A stretch of 64,000 nucleotides of DNA from Octopus sinensis (lineage: Eukaryota). This document shows, piece after piece, positions 24,200 to 38,309 of the stretch. The stretch lies in the NCBI RefSeq assembly GCF_006345805.1, contig NC_043002.1, forward strand, positions 42,780,001-42,844,000, written 5' to 3'. Below the pieces are notes generated by a model that saw only the letters and a program-made list of their open reading frames with translations, made no database searches and was not told the origin of the DNA. The first letter of the stretch is position 1, and every line of letters starts with the position of its first letter. Made by a program: the position numbers and the translations under genes.

Positions 24200-25779
24200 G
24201 TAAGTAATTTTCTTTAAAAGCCTCTTTATATTTGAGTCTTGCTTAATGCTTTTCTTTTATTAATTTGATTGTTACTGTTATTTAATTAATGATAATAACA
24301 ATGCCATTTCATAAGTTTTTAAAGTTGTCATTCTGGTTTTATTTTTTTACTTTTGGGGAAAGAGTGAATTTTTTTTTTGTCTTTTTAATGTTTCCACTGA
24401 CAAATAAAACAGAATTGATTTAATGACTGCTTATTGTCGAAATTTATGTCAACTGTTATTCAACCCCAAATAGATTTATGACCTCTGTGAATACTAATAC
24501 AGAAAGTGGAGCTAATGATAGTAGAATGGACTTTAGATGAGGTGCTAGAATTGTAGGTATGTGCTTACCTGTTGGTGGCAATGAACTTCACTGTGTATGC
24601 ATCATATCGTATATCAAATGCACTGTATTTGATATGGTTGATCAAATGTGTGTAAAAGATATACTGTATCAAATGTGAGCATAGACTGCTTTGCTGTATA
24701 GACGTGGAGCTGAGACTATATATAGTAGTTGGAAAGGAAATAGTTGCATGTGCTTTGTTAGTTAATGAAAAATACTGAATGCCTATGAATTGAAAGAAGT
24801 GTTTGATACTAAAAGCAAAATTAAATTGATTGATGATGCTGTGTTGTGTCACTAAAGGTGATAGGTATTTATGGTAAAGGTTGATCAAGAGAAGGAGATT
24901 GACCAGACCTAAGGAACCTACTCCTTACAAGTGAGATAGTATAAGCTAAGCATTGAAGCATATGAGAAAGGTTTGTATCATACACACCTTTAGCATACTA
25001 TAATTGAATATTTGGTGACAATTTGCTGATCCATCATGTCCTTATACCGTAGTCTTGATTGATTTTAAAATACACTTTGGCATTCGCATCATTGTTTAAA
25101 GTCCATATTCCTTGCTGGTATAGGTTGGACTGATTGTTAGGATCTGACAGGTCCAGGGGCTACACAATGCTCCATTGTTTACTTTGGCATAATTTATACA
25201 GCTGGATGACTTTCCTATTGCTAACCACATTATGGTGTGTACTGGGTTCCCTTTTCATTCCGCCAGCTTTAGTGAAGTCACAAGACTATAAAAATAGGCA
25301 GCTTTATCCTAAGAGATGTGGGGATAAAGCATGAGGAAGGAGCCAAACAGAACAGGTTTCTTGCTGTAGGTGAGTTACATGGTTACTTACATTTCAGAAG
25401 AGAAGATGAGGTGATCAGGGTGAAACTAGGAAGAGATAAAAGTAATTGTGATGAGATGTCTGGGTGGAGCCTCAAGATATGGAGTGGGAGCAGAAGAACT
25501 GGGAATGTGGGTGTGTAAAGGTTACAGGAGTATAGAAGAGGACAGAGATGATGATCGGGAAGAAGAGATAATGTGGTGGCTCAGAGGGATGATTGGTGTA
25601 AAATGTGGGTGGAAAGGATAGCTTAAGGATGAGGGATGGATATCTAGGGAAATGGTTCTAGGCAGTGAGAAAGATTAGTGGTGTCAAGGATAAGTTGCCA
25701 TTAAAGAGATGGTCAGTAGTAGCGGTGTCTTGAGGAAGAAATTGGGCATATATGTATACACATACTGCACTTTTTAAAT

Positions 25780-27490
25780 TTACTTACACCAAGTTTGGTG
25801 GGTCTTCTTGAGAACCACTTATTGTCAGTCATCATTGCCTGCATTATGCTCAATATCCAAAGTTCAGCCTTCATCACTTCATCCCATGTCTTCTTGTGTC
25901 TCTGGTTTCTGCAAACTCTATTCATATTAAGTAATCAGCTCTTCTTTATACAGTACTCTTCATTCATACACATCACATGTCCATACCAGTGCAGTCTTCT
26001 ATTTTGCATACAACATCTGATTCCTCTTAAGCCCAATTTTTTGCTCAACACTTTTATACTATATCTTTCATGCACACTTACATTGCACAGCCAATGGAGC
26101 ATGCTCATTTTATGTTTTTCTAATCTTCTCAAGTCCTCTACCTCACTAGCATATTGCATACAAATTCTTATACAGGTGTTGTACAATCTGCCCTTCACTC
26201 TTTGGGAGATCTTTGTTACCAACAGCAGTAGAACTTTCTCCCACACATTCTTACCGTGACTGGTATACTTTCAGAGCAACCATCTCCCCTGCTGCTTACA
26301 TCTAGGTAACAAAAGCTATCATCTCTTCTAGTGAGCCATCCAGATGTTTAAGAGAATCTACTTCCAGTGTGCTCATAGTATGTACTGCTCCTGTGCATCA
26401 GTCTCATGTGAAGCTTATATTCTCATTTAGTTCACCTGTGATTTCACTACAATTCTTGTGTATCCATAGCTTAAAATGGGTACAGCAAATTGGTTTATAC
26501 CTACTTCTTTTATGCATATTGAGCTAGGCCATTTCTCTGCAGATACCAGAGTCCTCTCTTTCCTACTTAGCAAAACTTACATCCTTGCAAAGTTTACTGT
26601 AAGACCTCTTCATTAAAGGCTCAGCTTCTATGCCTGGAATTTCTTCTCTAATTCCCCTATAAATTCAGTTGTGAGAGATAAATCATCAGCACGAAAAAGT
26701 TCCTGTGGACAGCTGGTCTTAAACTTATCTGTGATGGCCTGTAGGACTATGGTGAATAAGAGAGGCCTGTGCACTGAAACTTGATGAACTTCTACCCTCA
26801 TGTATCCATAACTTCACTGAAATCATTGCTGACTCTTACTTACTGTATCTTTGTACAAAGCCTGTACAGTTCTTGGTTTCCTACACCTAACTTCTTTAGT
26901 GATTACCAAATTAGTGAATATGATACTCAGTCAAATGCCTTCTCCAAGTCAACAAATGCTTGGAATAGTGGTTTACTCTTAGTCAAGTACTTCACCTGTA
27001 GCTGCCTCATTAGGAAGATTGCAATATTTCTTCTAGGCATGAAACCAAACTGCATCTATTCTTGGTTGGCTCAGTCTTGGATAGATTGTGCAATGATTCT
27101 CTCTGTAACCTTTATAATCTGTTCCATTAGTTTGATTCCCCTATAATTTTCTTTCTCTAAGGTATCGCCTTTGCCTTCGTAGCAGTTTATGATGATATTG
27201 CTATGCCAGTTAATGGGTATGACACCTTTCTGTGTGACTTGATTAACTATCCAGGTTGTAATCATGTATCCTAGCTCACAAGATACTTTGAGTAACTCTG
27301 TAAATATCTTTGATGGACCTACAGCTTTCTCTCTTTTCATATTATTGATCTCTTTACCTACCACACTAGTCAATTTGAATTACTTTTCCATCTGTTGGGT
27401 CAGTATAGGTAGCCCCTCTTTATCCCATCCAGTCTCCACATTCAGCAGCCTCTCATGATAGCACTTCCACACCACTTTCTTGTCTTCCTA
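25780..27490 (-). mobile_element. Old, degenerate RTE LINE fragment
   Basis: Minus-strand NYRGIKL, KAFD, RLHWYGHV and KKTWDEV motifs. Confidence 0.85.
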
Positions 27491-27899
27491 TATATATCGA
27501 TGGCAATTATACCTTCATATTTCCAAATACACTTTTTACTAATGACATCTCTCACGTTATCTCACGATCTCTGATTCTACAGCTGTTCGGATGTTGGTAG
27601 TCAACATGGAGGAGAGAATGAAATTGGATTCTACAGTAATTCTTTAATTATTGGTTATTGATGTATCTGAGTGCCTTATATAATTTGATGTAATTTGAAT
27701 TCTTGGTGATTTTCCCCACTCTTTCTCCTGTTAGGAACATCAGTTAAGTAAATGTTTAGAAGTGATAAAAAGTGCTATGTTAAAAATTGGTATTGAGAGA
27801 GAAATCAAGAATTATTATTCTGGTGTCAAAATTATTCAATCTCACTGAAGGTTAAAAACATTCTGGGTTACAATGAACCCACTGAGTTCTAAGAACATC

Positions 27900-28165
27900 C
27901 TCATCATCATTTAACATTTGTTGTTCATGCTGGCATAGGTTGGACAGTTTGACCAGGGCTGGCAAGCTGGAAGGTTGTACCAGACTCCAGTCTGATTTGG
28001 CATGGTTTCTATGGCTGGATGCCCTTCCTATTGCCAACCACTCTGAGAGTGTAATGGGTACTTTTATGTGCCGCCACCTGCATGGGTGCCGTTTGTGTGA
28101 TACCAGTATCTTCCACGACTGCGATTTTACTTGGCTTGATGGGTCTTCTTCTCAAGCAAAAGAAA
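27900..28165 (-). mobile_element. RTE 3'-UTR fragment
   Basis: Reverse complement of the tail seen at 18500-18664. Similar fragments lie at 22880-23178 (+), 42355-42600 (-), 50410-50660 (+) and 54372-54795 (+). Confidence 0.75.
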
Positions 28166-28995
28166 ATTGCATTTAAAAAGAACTTTCATATTGTGTACAG
28201 ATATGAAGCAAAGAAGAATCAATGCATGTTCCTAGTATTGACAGTAAAATGTAGGATGTCTGATAATTCAGAGCATGAAAAAAGAAAGTGCTCTATGTCA
28301 TAGATTAAAATTTTACATACATCAAACATAAATTCCATTGTTAGATGAGAAAATATAAATATAATTCATATATATATGTAAATATAAATAGTGAGTGAGA
28401 ATCAGAATTCTAGACATAAGATTCTTCGAGACAACTGTTCAGTTCTTAATTTTCTACTGAAAATGTAGTTTTGTCAGGTATATTGGTTACAAACACTATA
28501 CTGAAATGATGTGTGTTGGTTAGCTAATTTGAGTAGTGTTTGTTTATGTGGTCCATAACTTCGGTCCTTATTCATTTGGCTCTAGTGCAGTGTGTAGTTA
28601 TGTATTTAAATGTATGTGTGAATACATTTCTCTGTATATTTAGATATATCATAAAAGAACACAGAGTAATATGCACATGTAACAGTATGAGTGATAATTA
28701 AGATAATATTTATATTTTGTGTGTGTGAGGGTTAGTGTATGCTGCAAGTGCATCATATAGGACACTTGAAGTTTGTTTTATGTTGATACTTGAAAATTAT
28801 TTCAAGTGCATGTTGAGGTTGCAATAATTATACAGTTAGTTAGTCCCAAAATACATATGCTGCGATGAAAGTTAGTAATCTGCAGTACTCACCAAGATTT
28901 CATTACATATTTATATTATAAATGTGTTTAAATTGAACATCCAAAATGCAGCATGTTACATGTGTTAATTGGTCCATAGTCATATTTTTTTTTAA

Positions 28996-29187
28996 CCCTT
29001 TAACATTTAAGCCAGCAATACCAGTCCCAAATATTCTACCTATTTTAAGTTCATTGGACCTTCAATTTCATTCTAAAAGTAAAGAATCACATCATTGAAA
29101 TCTCAAAGCTATGTTGATAATACATGATTAATTCAAAACAGTGTAAATAAGCATTACATTTGAAAGAATAATCTGAATGCTAAAGTG
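28996..29187. mobile_element. piggyBac-like TTAA MITE
   Basis: TTAA-CCCTTTAACATT...AATGCTAAAGTG-TTAA. Related copies at 39399-39620 and about 51250-51360. Confidence 0.65.
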
Positions 29188-30685
29188 TTAAACATCAAAT
29201 CTAAAATCAAAAGAGTTTTCATTCTATAGTTAATGATGATCAGAAATGTTGGTTTAAATGCATTTATGATAAACTTTTTTTATTGAATTTCTGTTGAGTT
29301 TTGCTTAATATATTCATTTTCACTTTAGCATATTTATTTTGAACTTAAGATTTCAACCTCAAATAAAGTCTGGGTTGTGTGAATGACACTCATCTGTTGA
29401 ATGTATGTCAATGAGTGTTATGTATTTAAAAACTGAAGAGGGTTAGCGATAAAATAGATTTTGTTGGAGTACTACTGTTTATAAGTTTTGTATGTATGTT
29501 ACATAGATTGTTATATGTTGAGTATTTTAGTAGGATGAGCTGTAAAAGTGAAATGACTATGTGGATAAACTTTTAGACACTATACTCATCGGGTACAGGT
29601 TCAGCTTGGCTGCTGTTGTTTCATTGAATTTCTGAGCAGAACACTTTATTTTATATTGTCTTAGTTCGATAAGTATTAGAAAGAATGATTCCTTTTGTTT
29701 TATTTTTCATTATAATAATTCCTTTTGTAGGTATTAGAAATGAAAGATCATTAAGCCTGGTTATCCATTAGTGAAAGGTCAAGCAATTCAGTTTAAGGGG
29801 AATAAATTGTGTTCAGCTGAACAGTTTGCTATTGTTTATGTAGTTAAGATGTTAAGTTGCACTAATCTCCATCATATTAACAGTAGAGTGACAAAGAAAA
29901 TGGTCTCATTATTCAAGTAATAAAAAGACAAATAGCTTGTATGTAACTTAGATCTTATAACTGAAGCACTTTTTATAAGATCATTGATTAGTGATGTAGT
30001 TAATGAAAGTTCTATTTCCAAACTTATTTTTTTTAATTGTACAAAAATAATATTATACATTGTTGGCATCATAAGAATTTATGAATTTCAAGAAGTGAAA
30101 TAATTCTTCGTTGGAATAGTAGATCTCGAAGCAAATAAAACTATAAATAATAGTTCATAAATATTCAACCTTTTCTGTTCAAAGGGATTTTTTAAATGGC
30201 TTAATATTCACATACTATTATTTATTGCTTTATCTGTTTAGACATCCACTGTTCCAGAAAAGAATTATTTCTGTTATATATATTGTTGCAGATCATCATC
30301 AGTTTATTTGGATTCCAAATCTTACCCACTATATATAGTTTTCAATATATCTATTAAACTTAAAGTGGCAAACTAGCAGAATCATTAACATGCTGGACAA
30401 AATGCTAAGCAACATTTTGTCTGTCTTTATGTTCTGAGTTTAAATTCTATCATGGTCAGCTTTGCCTTTCATCCTTTGAAGGTCAATAAAATAAGTACCA
30501 GTTGAATACTAGGGTCAATGTAATTGACTTACCCCTTCTCCCAAAATTGTTGGCCTTGTACCAAATGTTGAAATCAATATATGTATTAAACCTAAAAGTG
30601 CTATTAATTTCTTCCTTTTTTTTCTTTCTTTCTTTCATATTGGTTGTTTTCAAATTATTTTTCAAATATCTTCATTTTACTCTAG

Positions 30686-30817
30686 CTTGAAAGAAGTTTC
30701 CAAAGATTTACAACATTTTACAGCAGCCAGCACAGTGGGCGTAAGTTAAATTGGTTGTACCATCTCTCGAAAGGAGAACTGGTGACTAGCTGCTTTAAAA
30801 ACAAGTATACACTACAG
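30686..30817 (+). CDS. CUL1: Cullin-1 exon 8 in window
   Basis: AG/GT bounded, 132 nt, phase 0-0. [44 protein letters not shown], containing the HSGRKL.W motif. Confidence 0.96.
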
Positions 30818-31028
30818 GTAATATTTGAACTTCACAAGTTACTCTGCTTCATTTCTTCAGGTGAAACATTATTCTTTGTCTTCTACATTTTACTTGTTTC
30901 AGTCATCGGACTGTAGCCATGCTGGGGCACCATCTAGAAGGCTTTTTAGTCAAACAAATTAACCACAGTACTTATTTTTTTAAAGCCAGGTATTTATTCT
31001 AATGATGTCTTTTGTCACATCACTCACC

Positions 31029-31574
31029 TGAAATTCAAATGAAATTACCTGTGGCCTTGGCAACTAGATATTGAAAGAAATGGGAGAAACCTAGATTCAT
31101 TGACTAAGTCACATTTGAATAATAATAATAATAATAACAATAACTTAGCTGTTGATTCAAGAAACAGAGTGAGTTGTTGATTCATGAATAGCAGCAAAGA
31201 AATGGAACAATATTCGGGAATATATATTAAATAAGTGACAGACGCTGAAAATGGACGTTGGGTACAGGCCTTGTGCATACTAAGTTTACACACCACATAG
31301 CTAGATGGGCTCCGAAAAAAAGGCCATAGTATTTAATAATTATTATTATTATCTTTAAAATATTAATATTAAATTAATATACATGTACATTTTAATTGTT
31401 AAGTTTATTGCATAAGCATTTTGCAATGAAAGGGGGAGTTTGGCTGAAATTGAAATAAAATTACATGTAGCCCGGGCAACTAGGTATTGAAAGAAATGGG
31501 GGAATCTTAGATTCATTGACTAAGTCACATTTGAACAATAATAACTATAAGTTAGCTGTTGATTCAAGAAAGAG
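31029..31574. repeat. Direct repeat pair, about 135 bp each (31029-31168 and 31445-31574)
   Basis: Both share TAGATTCATTGACTAAGTCACATTTGAA and TTAGCTGTTGATTCAAGAAA. Confidence 0.8.
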
Positions 31575-31576
31575 CA

Positions 31577-31609
<33 letters not shown>

Positions 31610-31689
31610 ATATATAGATAGATAGATTGATATAGATATGTAACTCAACTACCAGTGTCATTTGTTTTCGTCACCATTCTTTAGGTTTA

Positions 31690-32068
31690 CTCTTTTTACT
31701 CTTTTACTTGTTTCAGTCATTTGATTGTGGCCATGCTGGAGCATCGCCTTTAGTCGAGCAAATCGACCCCAGGGCTTATTCTTTGGAAGCCTAGTACTTA
31801 TTCTATCGGTCTCTTTTGTCAGGGACGTAAACACACCACCATCGGTTGTCAAGTGTTGTTGGGAGGGGCGACACAAACACAGACACACAAGCATACACAC
31901 ACACACACACATGACAGGCTTCTTTCAGTTTCCGTCTACCAAATTCACTCACAAGGCTTTGGTCGGCCCGAGGCTATAGTAGAAGATACTTGCCCAAGGT
32001 GCCATGCAGTGGGACTGAACCCGGAACCATGTGGTTGGTAAGCAAGCTACTTACCACACAGCCACTCA
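31690..32068 (-). mobile_element. SINE family A
   Basis: Same head, body and tail as 14925-15325. Confidence 0.85.
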
Positions 32069-33829
32069 CTTATTCCCAGCAACTTTTTGCTGTTTACACC
32101 ACCAAAATGAACATTCTTGTCATTAAAGACACATAGTTGTTATGATTTTTGGACGATAGTTGATGAGGGAAGAGGATGTCCATGTCTGGTCTGTGATTTT
32201 TCCATGTCTTCCCATGTCGTCCTTCTGTTCAATGTTTGAATCGCCCCCCTTCCCACCTCTATATACACACATGATGGGGTTTCTTTCAATTTCCACTTAC
32301 CAATGCTGACAAGTCTTTGGTCAACCTGGGGCTGTAGTTGAAGACAATTGCACAAGGTGCCATGCAAGTGAACCCCGAAGCAAGGGGCTGGGAAACAAAC
32401 TTCTCTAACTACACACAACTATGCCTGCATGAAAATTATAACAATTCTTTTATTGACTTAGTCTTTTTCCTCTCCTTTTTCTATCATATAGATAATTTAT
32501 TTAGCTGAAGTAATTTGTTCATACACCAGGATTGCATCGTTATTATTTAGAAGTAATTAACCTACTTTTCTCTAGACTCTTGCCATGAAATATATTTTCG
32601 TCTGTCTGATTTCTACAGCTGTTTTCCCATCTGTTTTTCTATGCCCAGCTTGTTCAATGTAACCTTAGAAGCTTTCTTGGAAAGATACTTTTATAATGTG
32701 CATTACTAGTATATCCTTCGCGGAATGTTTATTTTAACTTCAAATGTAACCTCCCACTCCCTCATCTCTTTTATTGTTCGTCTTGTACTTGTTTCAGTCA
32801 CTGTACTACGACCATGCTGGGGCACCGCCTTAGTTGGACAATACAACCTCAGTACTTATTTTCATTAAGCCTAGAGCTAATATTCAATAACCACATTTAT
32901 CTCCACTAATACTATCATCATCATCATCATCATCATTTAACATCCATTTTCCATGCTGGTATGGGTTAGATGGTTTGACAGCTGATGAAATAGATGACTG
33001 TATCTATCATGCTCCAATATCTGCATTGGCATGATTTCTATGGTTGGATGCCCTTTCTAATGCCAAGGTTGCCTTTTGTCATGCCATTGATTTTTGTTTT
33101 CATTTTAACCTTTCATGTTCCCTCATGCTAACACTGAACAGATATTCAGCTGTTTACTTCAGCAAATTGTGGTGTTTAGGAGTTGGTGCATTTATCTCCC
33201 AAGTGAACAATCTTTCCTATTGCCTGCCTTACAATTTGTAATTTATTGCTATATGGTTAAGAAGTTCACTTCCCAACCACATGGTTTTGGGGCCAGTCCC
33301 ACTGTATGGCATTTTGGGCTAGTATCCTCTTATTACAGCTCTGGGATGACCAAAGATTTGGTACATGGAATATGAAAGAAGCCCATAATGTTTCTCTCAT
33401 CTTCATATGTTTACTCTTACTGGTTGTAAACAGTGGCCTTGCTAATAGTGTTATTTGCTTTTAGTCTGCCATGGAAGGATGTCCAAGCTTTTTGTTGATT
33501 GATAGATTAGGATATTTATTATGTTGCTTGGAAACAAGTGGGGATCGGCAACACAAAGGGCATCTGGCCATAGAAAACTCTGCCCCCAAATACCAACATA
33601 CTTTTAAATGACCTGTACAAAACTTGGGAAATTAAACATTAAAAAGGCTGATACTTTTACTATCCATTAGCCTAATATTTCTTCAGACACCAGTACCTTA
33701 GTTACACAGTAAATATTAATTTCTAAGTCGATTCTGATATTCTTAAAAAGATTATTCTCATCAGCATGAAAAACTGTCTAACCCATGCTAGCATGGAAAA
33801 TGGATGCTACATGATGATGATGATAGGCT

Positions 33830-34185
33830 CAGGTATGGCTGTGTGGTTAAGAAAGTTGCTTTGCAACCATGTGGTTTCAGATTCAGTCCCACTGTGCAAC
33901 ACTTTGGGCAAGTGTCTTCTACTACGGTCCAGGTTGATCAATGCCTAGTGAAGGAATCTGGTGGATGGAAACTGTGTGTGTATGTGTGTGTGTTTGTGTT
34001 TATCCCCTACCTCTATGTGACAACCAGCGTTGGTTTCTTTATACCCCCATAACTGAGTGGTTCACCAAAAAAGAAGCCAATGGAATATGTACCAAACTTA
34101 AAATGAGTATTAGAGTCAATTTGTTTAATTACTCTCAAAGGCAGTGTCTCAGCATGATCACAGTTCAGTGACTGAAACAAGTATA
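33830..34185 (+). mobile_element. SINE family A, CpG-decayed
   Basis: Head GTATGGCTGTGTGGTTAAG and tail GACTGAAACAAGTA. Confidence 0.75.
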
Positions 34186-34679
34186 AGTTAAAAGGTAAAA
34201 CATATTTGGGTTCAAATTGTTTTAAGTCCTAAAAGGGGTTTATTGAAATTAACTATGTATGGTATTTCCTGATCACTTTTGTATTTTGGTTCTTTTTTTA
34301 TAGAATTTTTGATTATTTAAAAAATTTTGACATATTATAAAGAAGGCAACTTTAAGCATTATAAAACTAGAGTTGAAAAATATGCCTGCTCAAAAGAGTT
34401 ACAAAATGTCATAATAAACCTTAAAAAGTATGGGACTAGCATTGTTGCTCAAAAATATTGGAATCACTATATGTTGTACATTCTGTGACATCTTAAAATG
34501 AAAAGGGACTCATGTGAATTATGATGTCATGATAATTATAAAATCGAGTTCTTAGTATAAAAATTTGAAAATGTACAAAATATGATCTTTAACTTCGAAT
34601 AATCTTCATACCAAAGTATATAAAAACATATTTCACACTGCATGCAAATAACCTTGATAATAAAAAAAGACTGGATTTA

Positions 34680-37634
34680 TCGGGCCAACATACCAGCCAA
34701 ATTGACTACATCCTTGCCAGGCAAAGGGAGAGATGGCTGCTTATAAATGCCAAAACCTTCCCAGGCAAAGAATGTACCCCACAACATAGACTGGTAGTTA
34801 GTGACTTTAGGATCAGGACTAGGAGGATAACCAGAAGACGACCAACATGGAGAAGAAGGATCTGGAAGCTTAAAGATCCTGCGAATGGACAGAGATTTAG
34901 GGACATGCTACTTGAAGCCTTTGACGAAGTAGAGGGGGATAGAGTATCACATGGGGTAGAAGACAACTGGATGTTTCTAAGGGACAACCTGCTGAGAGCC
35001 ACTGACCAGATCTGTGGCTGGTGCAAAGTCCCCTCTTGTCCCAAGGTAACGTGGTGGTGGAACAGTGTTGTAGACAGGGCTATTAGAGAAAAGAGACAGA
35101 CTTGGAAGGACTGGAAGAATGGTGGTAGCAGGGAATTGTATCAGACTGCCAAAGGGAAGCTAGGAGACAGGTCTATCTAGCCAGAGGGGAAGCAGATAAG
35201 AAAAAATTTGCCAATGTTCTGCGCCGTGAGGACCAAAGACTGGAGGTGTTTCGCGTTGCAAGACAGTGTGTGAGAGAGAATTGTAATGTGGTAGGAGAGA
35301 AGTGTGTTCGCATGGAAGATGGTTCACTTGCGCTAAATGAGGATGCAAAGAGAGAGGTTTGGAGACGCCACTATGAAAGGTTGCTGAATAAAGAAAATGA
35401 ATGGGATAAAGAGTGTCTGCCAAATGTTGACCCAACAGAGGGACCAGCTATCCGAGTTGACAGTTCCTTGGTAGTTAAGGCAATTAGAAGCATGAAGACA
35501 GGGAAAGCCCCAGGCCTATCAGGAATCACTGCAGAGATGCTCAAAATATCTGGTAGTGTCGGCTATAGCCTAGTCACCCGTATAGTTAATCAGGTGATAC
35601 ACGAAGGAGTCATACCCAATGACTGGTGTAGCAGCATAATAGTCAACTGCTACAAAGGTAAAGGTGACGCCCTAGTAACAATTAATTACAGAGGTATCAA
35701 GCTGTTGGATCAGGTAATGAAGGTTACGGAGAGGGTCATAGCCCAACTAATTAGAGAGAGAGTTAGTTTAGATGAGATGCAGTTTGAGTTCGTGCCAGGG
35801 AAAAGTACCACTGATGCTATATTCCTGGTAAGGCAGCTGCAGGAGAAATACCTAGCCAAAGATAAGCCCCTGTACCTGGCTTTTGTTGACATGGAGAAAG
35901 CTTTCGACAGGGTCCCCGGATCCCTTATCTGGTGGTCAATGAGGAAACTAGGGATAGATGAATGGTTAGTGAGAGCTGTGCGAGCCATGTACAGGGATGC
36001 TGCTAGTAAGGTGAGGGTTGGCAACGAGTACAGTGAAGAATTTCGGGTAGAGGTAGGGGTCCACCAAGGCTCAGTCCTCAGCCCCCTCCTATTTATCATA
36101 GTCCTCCGGGCAATAACGGAGGAATTCAAGACAGGATGCCCTTGGGAGCTCCTCTATGCTGATGACCTTGCTCTAATTGCTGAGTCACTATCAGAACTGG
36201 AAGAGAAGTTTCAGGTGTGGAAGCAAGGATTAGAATCGAAGGGCCTTAGAGTCAATCTAGCTAAAACCAAAGTCCTAATAAGTAGGAAGGTAGACAAATC
36301 ACAAACGCCTTCAGGTAGATGGCCCTGCTCGATCTGTAGAAAAGGTGTAGGTAGAAACTCTATAAGATGCACCAAGTGTAAGCTATGGACACATAAGAGG
36401 TGCAGCAATGTCAAAGGAAGGCTAACTAGGAAGATAGTTTTTGTATGTGGCAGATGCTCAGGAACAATAAACACTGAAAATGCTCTGAGACCAACTTCTG
36501 TCACTTTCCAGGGAGAAAAACTAGAAAGTTGATAGCTTCCGTTACCTAGATGACCAAGTCAGCAGTGGGGGCGGGTGTCCTGAAAGTGTAACTGCTAGAG
36601 TAAGAATATCCTGGGCAAAGTTCAGAGAGCTCTTATCTCTGCTGGTGACAAAAGGCCTCTCGCTCAGAGTAAAAGGCAGACTGTATGACGCATGTGTATG
36701 AACAGCCATGCTACATGGCAGTGAAACATGGGCCGTGACTGCTGAGGATATGCGTAAGCTCGCAAGAAATGAAGCCAGTATGCTCCGATAGATGTGTAAT
36801 GTCAGTATTCATACTCAACAGAGTGTAAGTACCTTGGGAGAAAAGCTGGACCTAAGAAGCATCAGATGTGGTGTGCAAGAGAGACGTTTGCGCTGGTATG
36901 GACATGTGGCAAGAATGGATGAAGATAGTTCTGTGAAAAAGTGCCACACCCTAGCTGTTGAGGGAACCTGTGGAAGAGGCAGACCCAGGAAAACCTGAGA
37001 CGAGGTGGTGAAGCACGACCTTCGAACTTTAGGTCTCACTGAGGAAATGATTAGAGACCAAGCCCTCTGGAAGTATGCTGTGCGTGAGAAGACCCGGTAG
37101 GACAAGTGAGACCATAACCCATGGCCTTCTACATAGGATGTAGCCAGTCCACTTATGCATACCTTCCCTTCTTGGGACACAAAACTCTACTTGTGAAGAC
37201 CTGTTGAGGCAAGTGAGAATCAGAATTGAAATCAATCAATGGAAATTGCAGCTGAGTTACCAGTGCCGGTGGCACGTAAGAGAACCGTCCGAACGTGGCC
37301 GTTGCCAGCGCCGCCCCGACTGACCTCGTGCTGGTGGCATGTAAAAAGCACCATCCGTTCGTGGCTGTTGCCAACCTCGCCTGGCCCCTGTGCCGGTGGC
37401 ACATGAAAAGCACCATCCGATCGTGGCCGTTTGCCTGACTCGTCTGGCACCTGTGCCGGCGGCACGTAAAAAGCACCCACTACACTCATGGAGTGGTTGG
37501 CGTTAGGAAGGGCATCCAGCCGTAGAAACATTGCCAGATCAAACTGGGCCTGGTGCAGCCTTCTGGCTTCCCAGACCCCAGTTGAACCGTCCAACCCATG
37601 CTAGCATAGAAAGCGGACGCTAAACGATGATGAT
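34680..37634 (+). mobile_element. 5'-truncated young RTE LINE with a 428-codon open RT segment
   Basis: ORF 35246-36532 carries FVDMEKAFDRV, GVHQGSVLSPLLF and LLYADD, plus a Cys-rich insert (CSICRKG...CTKC..WTHKRC...CGRC). 3'-UTR and GAT tail present. Confidence 0.95.
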
Positions 37635-38309
37635 AACGGCAAAAGTATGAAACCGAAATTATTGTAAGCAAAAATAATTCGCATTATGATACATATATTA
37701 ATGGAATAGTTATGTGAATTAAACAAATTATTACTAAATTATTTTTGATTGATTACTTGTAAATTTATAAAAATTATCATTCATGGATCAAATTATTGCA
37801 TAAAGATGACATTAATATTTGTACACAATTGGTTTGTTAAAATTGAGTATACAATAATTTAACTTAATTAATTTTTAATATAATTTAATTTTGATGATCT
37901 AAACAAATTTCTTGTGATAAAAGGATGCCACAGAATGTACAACATATAGTGATTTCAATATCTTTGAGCAACAATGCTAGTCCCATACTTTTTAAGGTTT
38001 ATTATGACAGTCCATAACCCTTTTGAGCATGCTCATATTTTAATTCTAGTTTTGTAGTTTTTAAGGCCATGCTTGTAATATTTATATATGTACTGTATTT
38101 CTCCTAATGGTGTGGCAGCCTCTAATAAACTGACACCTAAACACTGACAGTCACACATAGTGTGACTGTCTCAATGTTATAAAATGTGCAATAAAATCAA
38201 TAATAATTGTCATATTTATTTATTATCATATGGAGAAATACTGACCAACTGCTAGTATATTATAAGCTGTAATATAAAGAAATGTATTAAAAAAAATATT
38301 AATAGTATT

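Noticed and set aside
35710-36504. Antisense ORFs over RTE copies (also 8045-8371, 16787-17098)
   Set aside because: Shadow frames of RTE ORF2 with no recognisable motifs.
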